From: the human T2T-CHM13v2.0 reference genome, Homo sapiens
NCBI RefSeq assembly: GCF_009914755.1
Contig: NC_060944.1
Reading direction: 5' to 3' (one strand)
DNA length: 64,000 bases
Part shown: in pieces, positions 41,741-55,223 of the stretch
How the letters are laid out: every line of letters starts with the position of its first letter
How positions within the stretch are numbered: the stretch's first letter is position 1
The notes under the pieces: generated by a model
The model's input: only the letters and a program-made list of their open reading frames with translations
Told to the model about the DNA's origin: nothing
Databases searched by the model: none
Position numbers and translations under genes: made by a program

Positions 41741-42929
41741 AGAGCACAACATCAGGAACAGTAGCATCAAGAGCTCCATGGAATCTCCCTCCAGCAAAAC
41801 AATCATAATAGGTAAAAACTGAAAAAACAACAAAAACCAGATTACTTTAATCTCTTGAAATTGTTATAAGAGCATACAGAAAATTTTTTAAAGATAATTT
41901 ATTATAATAAATCTAGTAAATATTGGTAAGAACAGTGCTACTCTGTGGCATTTGAGCCACTACCTGTTCCCTCCCTCCTTTCTTCCTGCTCAGCATGACA
42001 GAAACATTATGTCAGGGCAGTGCAGTGAAATACACAGGACTCCCTCTCACCCTACTTCCCACTTAAGGACTATGACACCTTTTGGGGAGAATCAGGCCAC
42101 CAGAATTTCTCCTTCTCTCCGTTTTTTGGTATAGAAATTCAGTCAAGAAGACCCCTAAACGAAGTCAAGAAAGAATGAAAGATATGGGACTTTCTTTCCC
42201 CACACAGTTCTAATTAAAGGGTAAAACTTTTATCTCAGGCATGACAGCCTGAGACTATTGGAGCCCAATTTACTCTTGTCCCAGATCACTTGTGAGGCTT
42301 CACAGTAGAAGATTCCATACCAGATGAGGCAAACTAAAAAAGACAGAAGCCACTGGCTCTGTCCACTGTCCTGCTAGTAAAGCAGATGTGTTACTCCAAG
42401 ACAAGTGGGTCATTGCCCCCCTCCACCCCACCCCACTCAAGAGCAGTCACAAAGCCCATTTGCCTAGAAAGAGAGTGATCAGATCTCTATGAAGAAACGG
42501 ATTTTATTTGGAATAGCCTGTGGGAAAGTTCAAGCCTTAGGGCAATTTCAAAAACAATGAAGGTTTTGGTGGTAGGTAATTAAGAAGATGCAGGTAATTC
42601 CATGTAAGCATCTACCTAAACCTTAGACCAGCTGAAGTTTACCAGAGATAATACAGGAAAAGATACAGAAGAGCACTCCTAGGGTTGAAGATTCATCTTA
42701 AAGGCTACGTCTGCAAAGAGACCTGACTTTCTTGAAAACAGGCTGCAAAGCAATTTAGGTGCCCAGGGCATTGTTGAAAACAATAGAGCAATTATCCATC
42801 AGTTCATGTAACCTAACAGCTAGATGTGACCAACAAAGTCAAATAACCTAATAGACGAATCAAGGAAAAAGTCAAAGACAGCCCTTCTAAAAACATTGTC
42901 ATCCCATAGTGACAGTGCACATCTCATAC

Positions 42930-43128
42930 CACCTTTTTGTTCTAATTGGGCCATTAATGTATTTGATGATGCCCAACCATGTTGCTGAAGCCAACTTTCT
43001 TTACTCAGTCTATGACTTAAATGTTTCTCCTGGAAACACACTCACAGACACACCAAGAAATAACGCTTTACCAGCTATCTGGACATTCCTTAGTCCAATT
43101 AAGCTGACACATAAAATTAACCATCACA
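42930..43128 (-). mobile_element. MLT2 (ERVL) LTR fragment
   Basis: cactcacagacacaccaagaaataa...gctgacacataaaattaaccatcaca. Confidence 0.85.
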
Positions 43129-44752
43129 GGCAAAGAGGAGAAGCAGCAAACTTGACAGTCCACTTGATATTGCATTTAAGGAGCAAAATCAAAAGGAATG
43201 AAGAAGCAAAAAGAGACTCTTGAAAACAAAAAGTGAAAAGTGACTCATCACATAAAATATATCTCCAATAAGATTAGCAGCAAATTTCACAAAATAAACC
43301 TTGCAGAAAAGAAAGCAGTAGGATGATATATTTAAAGTCCTGGAAAAAAAATGTAAGCTGAGAATTCTATATCTGGCAAAACTATCTTTCAAAACTATGG
43401 GAGAAATTAAGACATCCCAAGACAACAGCTAAGGGAGTTTATTATCACTAAAACTTTCCTACAAGATATGCTAGAGAGAGAGTCCTTCAAGTTGAAAGGA
43501 AAGGACATCAGACAGTAATTCAAAGTCATGTAAAAATATACAGTTCTTAAGCAAAGGTAAACATGTGGACAAATGTAAATAAACAATATTATTGTAATTT
43601 TGGTTTGTAACTTAAGTCTTTCATTTTCTACAAAATTTAAAAAACAAATGAATAACAAATTGTAAACCTATGTTAAAGACTATGTGATATAAAGATGTAC
43701 TGTGTGACATTGATAACATAAAGGGGTTGAAACTGTATAGTAGTAGAGTTTTTGTATGTGATGAAGTTAAATTGGTATGAACTTAAGATAGAGTAACATA
43801 ACTTTAGGACATTATATGCAATCCCCATGATAATCTTAAATAATCTACCTATAGAATATAAACAAAAGGAAATAAAAAGGGAATCAAAATGTATCACCAC
43901 AAAAAATCAACTAAAAATAAAGAAAATCAGAAAAGGAAGAAATAAGGGACAAAATAGCGATAAGAAAACAAAATTTACAATGTCAATTGTAAGTTCTTCC
44001 CTATCAGTATTTATTCTCAACATAAATGAAAATATTTATATTTTCATTCAAAAGACAGATTGGCTGAATGGATTTTTAAAAATTAACAGGATCCAGCTAT
44101 ATACTGTCTACAAGAGACTCACTTTAGACCTAAAGACACACATAGGTTGAAAGTGAGAGGATAGAAAAATGATATTAAATTCAAAAATTTACCAAAAGAG
44201 ATCAGTGGCAATTATATTAATATCAGACAAAATGCACTTTCAGTGAAGAATGGTTACAAAAAATGAAGTAGGACATTATATAATAATTAAAGGATGAATT
44301 CACCAAGAAGACATAACAATTATAAACGCATATGAAACAAACATTGAGAGAATTGAAAGGGGAAATAGACAGCTCTACAATAATAGGAGACTTTAATAAC
44401 CCACTTTCAATAATGGATAGAAAAACTTGAAAGACCAATAAGAAGATAGAGAACTTAAGAACTATTTTAGAGCAATTGTATCTAATAAATATACACAGAA
44501 TACTCCATTTAACAATGCAGAATATGCATTTTTCTGAAGTGCACATGGAACATTCTCCAGGATAGACCATGTTAGGCTACAAAACAAGTCTTAATAAATG
44601 TTAATGTATGGAAATCATATGAAGTTTTTTCTTATCACAATGGAATAAAACTACAAATTAATACCAGAAGGAAAACTTTAAAAATCAGAAATGAGTGAAA
44701 ATTAAGCAACACACTCTTAAACAGGCCATGGGTCAAAGAAGAAATCACAAGG

Positions 44753-47018
44753 TGTATTAGTTTGTTTACATGATGCTGATGAAGACATACCCGAGACTGG
44801 AAAGAAAAAGAGGTTTAATTGGACTTACAGTTCCACATGGCTGGGGAGGCCTCAGAATCATGGCGGGAGTCAAAAAGCACTTCTTACATGGAGGCGTCAA
44901 GAGAAAATGAGGAAGAAGCAAACCCAGTAATCCCTGATAAACCAATCAGACCTCATGAGACTATTCACTATCATAAGAATAGCACAGGAAAGACTGGCCC
45001 CCCCATGATTCAATTACCTCCCACTGAGTCCCATTTGAATTCTGGGAGATAAAATTCAAGTTGAGGTTTGGGTGGGGATAAACCCACCCAACCATATCAT
45101 TCTGCCCATGGCCCCTCCAAATATCATGTCCTCACATTTCAAAACCAATCATGCCTTCCCAACAGTCCCCCAAAGTCTTAACTCATTTCAGTATTAACCC
45201 AAAAGTCCACAGTCCAAAATCTCATCTGAGACAAGGCAAGTCCCTTCTACGTATGAGCCTGTAAAATCAAAAGCAAGCTAGTTACTTCCTAGATACAATG
45301 AGGGTACAGGTATTGGGTAAATACAACCATTCCAAATGGAAGAAATTGGCCAAAACAAAGGGGTTACAGGGCCCATGCAAATTTGAAATCCAGCAGGGCA
45401 GTCAAATTTTAAAGCTCCAAAATGATCTCCTTTGACTCCAGGTCTCACATCCAGGTCACACTTATGCAAGGGGTGGGTTCCAATGGTCTTGTGCAGTTCC
45501 ACCCCTGTGACTTTGCAGGATACAGCCCCACTCCCAGATGCTTTCACGTGCTGGTTTTGAGTGGCTGCGGCTTTTCCAGCCACACAGTGCAAGCTGTCGG
45601 TGGATCTACCATTCTGGGGTCTGGGGATGGTGGTCCTTTTTTCACAGGTCCACTAGGCAGTGCCCCAGTAGGGATTCTGTGTGGGGGCTCCGACCCCACA
45701 TTTCCCTTCCACACTGCCTTAGCAGAGGTTCTCCATGAGAGCCCTGCCCCTGCAGCAAACTTTTGCCTGGGCATCCAGGCATTTCCAAACATCTGAAATC
45801 TAGGCGGAGGTTTCCAAACCTCAGTTCTTGACTTCTGTGCACCCACAGGCTCAGCACCATGTGGAAGCTGCCAAGCCTTGGCAGCTTCCACCCTCTGAAG
45901 CCACAGCCCAAGCTGCAAGTTGGCCCCTTTCAGCCACGGCTGGAGTGGCTGGGACACAGGGCACCAAGTCCCTAGTCTGCACATAGCACGGGGACCCTGG
46001 GCCCGGCCCATGAAACCACTTTTTCCTCTTGGGCTTTCGGGCCTGTGATGGGAATGGCTGCTGTGAAGGTCTCTGATGTGGTGGCCTGCAGGCATTTTCC
46101 CCAAAGTCTTGGGGATTAACCTTAGGCTCCTTGCTACTTATGCAAATTTCTGCAGCTAGCTTGAATTTCTTCCCAGAAAATGGGTTTTTCTTTTCTATCA
46201 CATAATCAGGCTACAAATTTTCTGAACATTTATGCTCTGCTTCCTTTACAAAACTGAATGCCTTTAACAGTATCCAAGTCACCCCTTGAATGATTTGCTG
46301 CTTAGAAATTTCTTCCGCCAGATACCCTAAATCATCTCTCTGAAGTTCAAAGTTCCACAAATCTCTAGGGCAGGGGCAAAATGCTGCCAGCTACTTTGCT
46401 AAAACATAACAAGAGTCACCTTCGCCCCAGTTCCCAACAAGTTCCTCAACTCCATCGGAGACCACCTCAGCCTGGATTTTTTTGTCCATATTGCTGTTAG
46501 CTTTTCGGGTAAAGCCATTCAACAAGTCTCTAGTAAGTTCCAAACTTTCCCACATTTTCCTGTCTTCTTTGCAGCCCTTCAAACTGTTCCAATCTCTGCC
46601 TGTTACCCAGTTCCAAAGTTGCTTCCACATTTTCGGGTATCTTTTCAGCAACCTACTCTACTGGTACCAATTTACTGTTTTAGTCTGTTTTCATGCTGTT
46701 GATAAAGACATACCTGAGACTGGGAAGAAAAAGAGGTTTAATTGGACTTACAGTTCCACATAGCTGGGGAGGCCTCAGAATCGTGGCCGGAGGCAAAAGT
46801 CAGGGGGGCAACAAGAGAAAATGAGGAAGAAGCAAAAGCAGAAATCCCTGATAAACCCATCAGATCTCATGAGACTTATTCACTATCATGAGAATAGCAT
46901 GGGAAAGAGTGGCCCCATGATTCAATTACCTCCCCTGGGTTCCTCCCACAATATGTGGGAATTCTGGGAGATAAAGTTCAAGTTGATATTTGGGTGGGGA
47001 CACAGCCAAACCATATCA
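44753..47018 (-). mobile_element. Full-length THE1A MaLR provirus (3' LTR 44753-45099, internal 45100-46675, 5' LTR 46676-47018)
   Basis: Two LTRs tgt(a/t)ttag...ccatatca with THE1A-type ggacttacagttccacat...gaggcctcagaatc; THE1-int sequence between; PBS-like gtaaattggtacc and PPT gggcagaa on the minus strand; 5-bp TSD caagg/gaagg. Confidence 0.93.
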
Positions 47019-47169
47019 GAAGGGAAATTAGAAAATATCTTGAGACAAATGAAATGAAAACACTACATGCCAAATTATGGGATTCAGTAAAAGCAGTGCT
47101 AAGAGAGATAATTGTTAATGTTAAACACTTGTATTAAAAAAGAAGAACAAGCTCAAATAAAAAATCCAG

Positions 47170-47653
47170 TGAGGAGAGTAAAAATCACCTGGTGACCATC
47201 AAGCAAGCCCCAAAGACAAAAATTTCTTATCTGAGGAATTTAGAAGTAATTAGACTTTCCTATTGTCTAAAGGCACCTGGTTCCAGGCCTCTTTTCAACT
47301 TAAAATTTATAAATATAACTAGAATTTCTATACATCTCTGGAATGCACGCATATCAAAACTCATTGTGCAACCTTTGCCAACATTAAGGAACCATAATAT
47401 CTACAAATGTAATCATTTATTGTGCAAACTACCTTTCACTTCCTGCTTTAAGGTCCATAAATACTCCTAAGGAAAAATCCACTGTGGGCACTCAGTCCTC
47501 TCTCGCTGTGGTGCCTGGCTGCACTCTTCTGCAGTGTTCTTTGTATCTAATAAAACTTTCCTTTTCAAATCTATACTGTTGTTGGTAAATTCTTCTTACC
47601 AACCCATGAGTCAACCACTTCCCTATGCAGGAACTCTGACACCTCGCCTGATA
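47170..47653 (+). mobile_element. ERV1 solo LTR (MER83/MER84-like)
   Basis: tgaggagagtaaaaatcacctggtgacc...tatctgaggaatttagaag...cataaatact...ctaataaaactttcc; interrupts L1 ORF2. Confidence 0.7.
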
Positions 47654-47910
47654 CCTAGGTTTACACCTGAAGGACCTAAGAAATATATAAAAACAAACTA
47701 AACCCAAAGTTTGCAGAAGAAAATAAATTGTAACATAAATAAATAAAATAGAGACTAGAAAAACAACAGAGAGCATCAACAATACCAATAATTGGTTCTT
47801 CAAAAAGATCAACAAAATTAACACCTTGTAGCTAAGTTGACAAAAAAAGAGAGAAGTTTCAAAGAACTAAAATCCAAAATGAAAAAGAAGACATTATTAA
47901 TTACTACTAA

Positions 47911-48164
47911 TTTTTTTTTTTTTGAGATGAAGTCTCACTCTTGTCCCCCAGGCTGGAGTGCATGGCACAATCTCGGCTCACTGCAACCTCCGCCTTTCGG
48001 TTTCAAGCGATTCTCCTGCCTTAGCCTCCCAAGTAGCTGGGATTACAGGCACCTGCACCACGCCCGGCTAATTTTTGTATTTTTAGTAGAGACGAGGTTT
48101 CACCATGTTGGCCAGGCTGGTCTCGAACTCCTGAACTCACGTGATCCACCCACCTCGGCCTCCC
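47911..48164 (-). mobile_element. AluS, 5'-truncated by ~40 nt
   Basis: T-tail, gcctcccaagtagctgggattacagg, ends cacctcggcctccc; TSD attactactaatttt. Confidence 0.93.
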
Positions 48165-50324
48165 GACATTACTACTAATTTTACAGAAATAAAAAGAATT
48201 ATAAGAAAGTCCTGTGAACAACTGTACCTCAACAAAATAGGTAACCTAGATGAAAATGGACAGATTTCTAGAAATGTACAATCGACTAAGACTGGATCAT
48301 GAAGAAATAAGGAATTCCAACAGATGGATAATGAGTAAGGAAATTGAGTCAATCATCAAAAACCTTACATGAAAGAAAAGTTCAGAATCAGATGGCTTCA
48401 TCAGTGAATTCTAACAAATGTTTAAAGAAGAATTAACATCAATCTTCAAATTGTTAGAAACATTAAAGAGGAAAGAATACTTCTATAGTCATTCAATGAG
48501 GCCCGTATTATGCTGATGCCAAAGCCAGAAAAAGATATGACAAGAAAACTACACACCAATATTACTTATGAATATCGATGCCAAAAATTGTTTGGTTTAC
48601 TAGGAAACCAAATTCAATTGCATATTGGAAGTATTATATGCCAAGATGAAGTAGGATTTATTCCTGGGATGTAAAGGTAGTTTTAAATACAAAAATTAAT
48701 TTGCCATACCACATTAACAGAATGAAGTTGGGGAGCGTGATTATCTAAATTGATGCAGAAAAAAATGCCAAAATACACATTTTCTCGTGATAAAAACACT
48801 CAACACACTAGGAATAGAAGAAAACCATCTCAGCACAATAAAGATATATGTAGAAAACCCATAGCTAACATCATACTCAATGGTGGAAAACTGAAAGCTT
48901 TTTCTATAAGATCAGCAACAAGGCAAGTACGTTCAATTTTACCACTTTTATTTAACATAGTGCTAAAAGTTGTAGCCAGAGCAATCAGGAAAGAAAAATA
49001 AATAAAAGGCATCTAAATTGGAAAGACAGAAGTAAAATTATCTCTGTTCTCAGATGACATCATCTTATATGTATAAAATCCCAAGAATACACACAAACAT
49101 CCCCCCCAGCACACACACAGGAACAAACAAAACCTGTTAGAACTAATAAACATATTTAGCAACGTTTCTGTAAACAAAATCAGCACATAAAAATGGGCTA
49201 TATTTGTGTCCTAACAATGTGTAAGCTGAAAAGAAATTTAAGAAAACAATTACATTTACAATAGCATCAAAAGAATAAAAAACTAAGTCTAACCAAAGAG
49301 ATGAAAGATTTATACACTGAAAATGACAATCCACTGCTGAAATTCAAGAAGACACAAATAAATGGAAAGAAATCCCATGTACATGAACTAGGTGATTTAC
49401 TACTATTGTTATGATATTCATACTATCCAAACTAATCTACAGATTCAATGCAATCCCTTTTAAAATTTCAATGATGTCTTTTGCAAAAATTAAAAAAAAA
49501 ATCACTCCTAACATTCATAATAAATCTCAAGGAATTCCCAACTGCCAAAACAATCCTGTAAAGGAAAAACAAAGTTAGAGGTCTTATATTTTCTGCTTTT
49601 GAAACTTACTACAAAGCTATGGCAATCAAAACAGTGTAGTAGTAACATAAAGACAGACATATAGACCAATGGAATAGAATAGAGAGCACAGAAATAAATC
49701 TTTACATTTATGATCAAATAAACAATGGTGCCAAGATGGCTTAATGGGGGAAAAGACAGTCTTTTCAACAAGTGGTACATAGAAAAATACATATTCACAT
49801 GCAAAAGAGCAAAGTTGAACATTTTATTGTCTAATATTATTGAAAAAACTTAACTGAAAATGTATCAAATATCTAAACCTAAGAGCTAGAGCTATAAAAC
49901 TTTTGGGAGAAAACATAGGGGAAAAGCTTCATGACATTGGATTTGGTAGTAATTTGTTGGCTATGACACCAAAAGCACAGACAACAAAAGAAAAAAAATA
50001 CACAAATTGGACTCCATCAAAATTTAAAAGATTTGTTCATCAAAGGATGTTATCAACAAAGTAAAACAAGTAACACAAAAAATGAGAGAAAAAATGCAAA
50101 TCACCTATCTGATAAAGGAATAATATATAGAATATAAAAAGAGCCCCTACAACTCAACACCATAAAACAAACAGTTCAATTCAAAAATGAGCCAAGGATT
50201 TATAGACATTGGTCCAAAAATATATACAAATGGTCAATAAACATATAACAAATACTCAACATCACCAGGAATCAATAGGAAAATGCAAATCAAAACACAA
50301 TGAGACACCACTTCTCTTCAAAAA

Positions 50325-50876
50325 TGCATGGGGGATTTGTGGTAATTGGGTATGTCAAGATTATTATAGACACAGAAATGATGATTGTGAAGAACTTTAT
50401 ACTCACAGATTCCCCAGAAACAGGAGGCATAGCAGCCCACACAGGGCCACATGAGAGAAGCAACAAGGTCAGTTAGGAGGCACAAGGGGAACATGGGAAA
50501 ACATGGCCTGGAGCCTTTATTCGGGGTTTCCTGGGAAGAAATGGGCAAGGCAGGATAGGTACACCCAGTATATTTGGGATATGTTTTAACAATTTTGGTG
50601 AGCTGTAGACTATAGGAGTCATCTCTAGTTGTCTGGTATCTGGCTCCAGGGTGATTTAGGACAGGAAAAATATTGGCTCGGTGTGTGAAAGTTTGATAAA
50701 GGAGATGGTTGGGGATGTGGACTGAATTGTTTTGTTTGTATATCAAAGACAGGCTGAAAGGGGAGTTGTTTGCTGTCTGAAATTAGTTAGTTACCCTTGG
50801 GAAAGGAAGTTTATCTGGTATCAATGAGGCCCCAATTTCCAGAGCATCAAGAGTGTGGAAAACTTAGTCAATACAA
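50325..50876 (-). mobile_element. MER74-like ERVL LTR
   Basis: Reverse start tgtattgactaagttttccacactcttgatgctctgg...ggggcctcattga; interrupts L1 ORF2 end. Confidence 0.7.
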
Positions 50877-51306
50877 CTTTAGGATGGCTATTTTTCAAAA
50901 CAAAACAAAACAGAAAACAAGTGTTACAAGGGTCTGAAGAAATTTGAACCATCAGTATTTCTAGTAGAAATAACAAATGCAGCAGCAACTGTGGAAAACA
51001 GTATGGCAGTTCTTGAAAAATTAAACAGAATTAAACCATAGGATTCAACAATTCTACTTCTGGGAATATTTTTTTTAATTTTAAAAAATAAGTTTATGAA
51101 TATTTGTACACTAGTGTTCATATCAGCATTATTCACAATAGCCAAAAGTTGAAAACAATACAAATGTCCATCAATAGATAAATGGATAAATTAAGTGTGG
51201 TCTATAAATACAAGTGGAATATTATTCAGCCTTTAAAAAGAATGAAATTCTGATACATGCTACATGGGTGAAACTTGAGTGCATTATGCTAAGTGAAGTA
51301 AGCCAG

Positions 51307-51331
51307 ACACACACACACACACACACACACA
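51307..51331 (+). repeat. (CA)n microsatellite
   Basis: Directly visible. Confidence 0.95.
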
Positions 51332-52589
51332 AATGCATGATTCCACTGATATGAGATACCTACAGCATTCAAATTCATACAGACAGAAAGTAGAATGGAG
51401 TTTTACAGTAGCTAGGGGAGGAGAAAATGGAAAGTTATTATTTAATGTGTATAGAGTTTCACCATGGTATGATGAAAAAGTTATGGAAATGAATGGTGGT
51501 GATTGTTACACAACAATGTGAAACTTAATGACACAGACATGTACACTTAAGAATGGTTAAAATGGTAAATTTTATGTCTTGTACATTTTAACACAATTTT
51601 AAAAATTAAATCTAACAATAACTAAACAAAACTAGGCAGTTTTTCTCCATAAGCTGTGCTTTTAATCATTTTGTTGTAAGTAATGATACAGAAATGTTTT
51701 CACCAACAAATAAGTTTATGAATATATGCAGACATATAGATATATAAAGCACCATTAACTTAAGGTTAGGGTAAAAGCATTTGAGTATGATCGTAGTACA
51801 ACAGCTCATAAAGCAATATTTAATAATAACCTAGACAAGACAATACATGGTACAAATATATTACGAGAGAAAAAAGGTTGTAATCCATTGTTCAGTCTTT
51901 CCTCAATTAAAATAGAGCTTTATTCCTTAGTTTACCTTCATCTTTTCTATTCACTTACATCTTTCTTCTTCTTCTTCCTCTTCCATTTTCCATGCCATTC
52001 ATGGTAACAGTCTCTGCTGTAAGCATGCAAAAGGAAGAAGGTATTGGCATTTCCATACAACAAAGTTCTTGAAAATTTTCAATGAATTCACTAAATGTTT
52101 CTGTTACAAAGATATTCAAGAGAAAACTGAAGAAGCAGCGTAGGGAAGTGTCTTTCCATAGAGAGGGCATGACTTCTAGAATTTACTAATCTAAGAACAA
52201 AAGAATACGGCCTATAGAAAAAGTTTGCTTCATAAACAGGAAGTAGAAGTCTGTGTAATGTCATTTTGACCAAAGTCCTTTATCTTAATAGAAAAAGGTG
52301 ATTTTTCTCTCTAAGAAGGCTAAGTTTAGTAGGGTCAGGTTCTCGAGTTAAAATAAATAAAATCTACTCTGTCTAGGTTAACCAGTAAGGGATTTATTTA
52401 TAAAAAGATCTTAATAGCTACCAGAATAGCAGTTATCTGGGGGAACAGATAAGGTTGAGATTCCAGAAATAAAACAACACAAACCATTCAGTAGAACAGG
52501 CTGCATTTAACAAACAAACAAATAAAATTAATAGCACTGCCATATCAATTACTGGAAGAAAGGAAGTCAGCTTTTCTGAAACCACTGTT

Positions 52590-52975
52590 GATAAATGCTT
52601 TGTAATTTTCTAAAATGTGTTAACATAATTAGGTGATAGTCCCCAGTTATTTAATTAAATGCTAATCTAGTGTTTTTGTGAAGTGACTTTGGAGATGTCA
52701 TTAAAGTCCCTAATCAGTTAACTTTAAATAAGGGAGATAAGCCTGGATAATCTAGGTAGGCATGACAATCACTTAGAAGACCTAAAAAGCAAGGCAGAGT
52801 GTTTCCTGAAAAAGCGCAAAGAAATTCTTTCTGTTGACAACTTTGGCCCATGCCCGTGAAGTTCCTCCTACTCATAATCTTCCCTTTCTGACTGCCCACC
52901 CTACAGATATCAAACTTGTTTCAACTGTATCAGTTCACACCACTGTATAATTCAATTCCTTGGCACACCTCTCTA
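52590..52975 (+). mobile_element. MLT2 (D/F-like) LTR fragment
   Basis: gtccccagttatttaattaaatgctaatctag...aatcagttaactttaaataagggagata..ctggataatctagg. Confidence 0.7.
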
Positions 52976-53323
52976 GAGAGCTAGAAAGCGAATTAAATAT
53001 GTATAGTTAGAGAGACAGGAAATTCTGTCTGCTGTAACACCCTATGGCAAAAACCTGACTTTGCAACCACTTCCATTCCCCAAATCCACAGGCTTCCCAT
53101 AACCAAAGGACAATTCTACTCAAAACAATGTCCTCTATTTCCTGCCTTCAGATCAGTGAAACTAGTGGGTATATGTAAGTCAAATGCCTACAGCCTAGCT
53201 CTAAGTGAGACTAGGAACTCAATTTTGATTTCTACTTTGAAAAGACAGACTTCTCACAGGTGAATTTTCCCAGATACTGGAAGCCTATCCAAAAGGTTGA
53301 AAACAGCCATAAATATAATTCCT

Positions 53324-53630
<307 letters not shown>

Positions 53631-53864
53631 TCAAATTTCTGGCTTCTCAAAAGGTCTTAAAGGAAGAATTTACTCTTTAACCTATTAATCCCAATTAATA
53701 ATTGAGTAACATATTCAGGATTAATAGCTGAAAGAGCAAATTGTGTTTTATCAGCTTTGAGTATGTTACTCAACTGACTTGAGATCTCAACATAATGGTG
53801 ATCATGCTAGCTTTGATTAAACAATCACGTGATGACTATTTTCCTATGTTAATGCATATTAGTC

Positions 53865-54237
53865 TGTGCATCAGTCTGGATGCTCTAGATTATAGGGCTG
53901 TAACAAGTAACCTCCAGAGCTCTGTGGCTTAATACAACAAATGTTTATTTGTTGCACATGGTACAAGCCCTATGTGTTGGGCAGGGGGCTTTTTTTACCA
54001 TAGTCACTTAGGAATGCAAGTTGAGGGACACTTCTTCTTGAAGTGCACTTCCATAATTATCAAGGCAGAAAAAAGGGACATGGTATATTGTGCATTTTAT
54101 GTTAAAACTTCTATAAGAGAGGTCACAGGTTCCTTCTGCTCACATTTTGCCAACCAAATATAGGTCATTCTTAGATTCTGGAGAATATGGCAAGTGTAAT
54201 CTAACCATAATTTTTGAAGAAACACAATGTTTGTTAA
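53865..54237 (-). mobile_element. MLT1 (J/K/L-like) MaLR LTR, host of the retrocopy; last few bases probably resume at ~58408-58425
   Basis: ctagattatagggctgtaacaagtaacctccag...tggcttaatacaacaaatgtttattt; the rejoined end tgtttgttaacaaccttcttcactacc resembles the MLT1 terminus. Confidence 0.65.
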
Positions 54238-54271
54238 CAACCTTCTTTTTTTTTTTCATTCCCAGTAAGTC

Positions 54272-54281
54272 TTTATTTATT
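54272..54281 (-). terminator. Polyadenylation signal(s) AATAAA of the retrocopied mRNA
   Basis: Minus strand reads gaataaataaagacttactgggaatg followed by the A-run (54246-54256). Confidence 0.85.
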
Positions 54282-55223
54282 CACTGTATTTTCCCAGGGA
54301 AAGGAGAAGGGAAGGGAAGAGTCAGCATGTGTTACAAAATGATTAGAAAATGGGAAAGGAAGTACCCAGTACAGCAAATTCAACCACAAATAAATACACC
54401 CCAGTGATGGGGTCACCAAAGCCCAAAGGGGCTCAGTCTCCTGCAGTTCAGGAATGAGGGGAAGGGATCAGGAAAAGAACAGACAACCTCAGGCTTTCCT
54501 ACCCTCCCTCCCAATAAACGCAAAATTTCACACAAAGCTTTGGTTTCTAGCAGCAAACATGGAGTTACATTCATTTGTCTCCTATTAAACAATCTTGCGG
54601 CCACTTTGACAAAAGTTTCTTGCACTTGCATAACAATTCCTGAGTGCCTTGGATATACATTCGTATTCCCTTTCTTGGCCTCCTGAACCCACTTTCCACA
54701 TGGAAGGCCCCCAGTTGCTTCTCTCTACTTTAGGATTAAAGATTAACTAGGTTTGATCCATCCAAAGTACAGCAGTGTCTTAAGAGTTTGGCATGGATAC
54801 ATCAGGAAATGGTCTTGACTCAGGAAGTTGGGAACAAGCGATGGAGGGTTCCTAGCTTCTTCAGGATGTTTGCATAAATCATTTAAGAGTTGTGGAGACA
54901 CTCCGAGCATTAAATGTGTATGTGTCTGGGTGTGTAGGTTTTCTTTTGGGGATGAACAGAAAACAGGGCAGGGTAGGAGACAAGTTTTTAGGACAGAAGA
55001 TGTGGTCTAATAGGTAATGGGGAAGAGGAACACAAAATAAAGGATGGTTCAAGATCTCCACTTTAATAAGAGGGCACCCCAAACTAATGTTTGAGATCTT
55101 TTTGCCTGGCGCAGAACCTTCTGTCAAAGATGGTCTCAATACAAAAAGAAGTTATAAGTAAACAAGTAAACAAGAAGTAAACAAAACCCCAAAAGAACAT
55201 GGAAAAAGACCAATGCATTGTAT

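Larger units (their letters stand above)
41745..51605 (+). mobile_element. Near full-length L1MB-type element carrying nested MLT2, THE1A, ERV1 LTR, Alu and MER74 insertions
   Basis: Putative 5' region 41745-42900, ORF1 end (gaattctatatctggcaaaactatctttc), endonuclease (acaataataggagactttaataacccact), RT region and L1MB 3'UTR (gtacacttaagaatggttaaaatggtaaattttatg), collinear across insertions. 5' boundary uncertain. Confidence 0.75.

Noticed and set aside
44833-44852. PRDM9 hotspot motif in THE1A LTRs
   Set aside because: LTRs read CCTCCCCAGCCAT and CCTCCCCAGCTAT, not the hotspot-associated CCTCCCTNNCCAC.
45278-46763. Cluster of 90-186-aa ORFs
   Set aside because: All lie in THE1A internal or LTR sequence; fragmented MaLR remnants.
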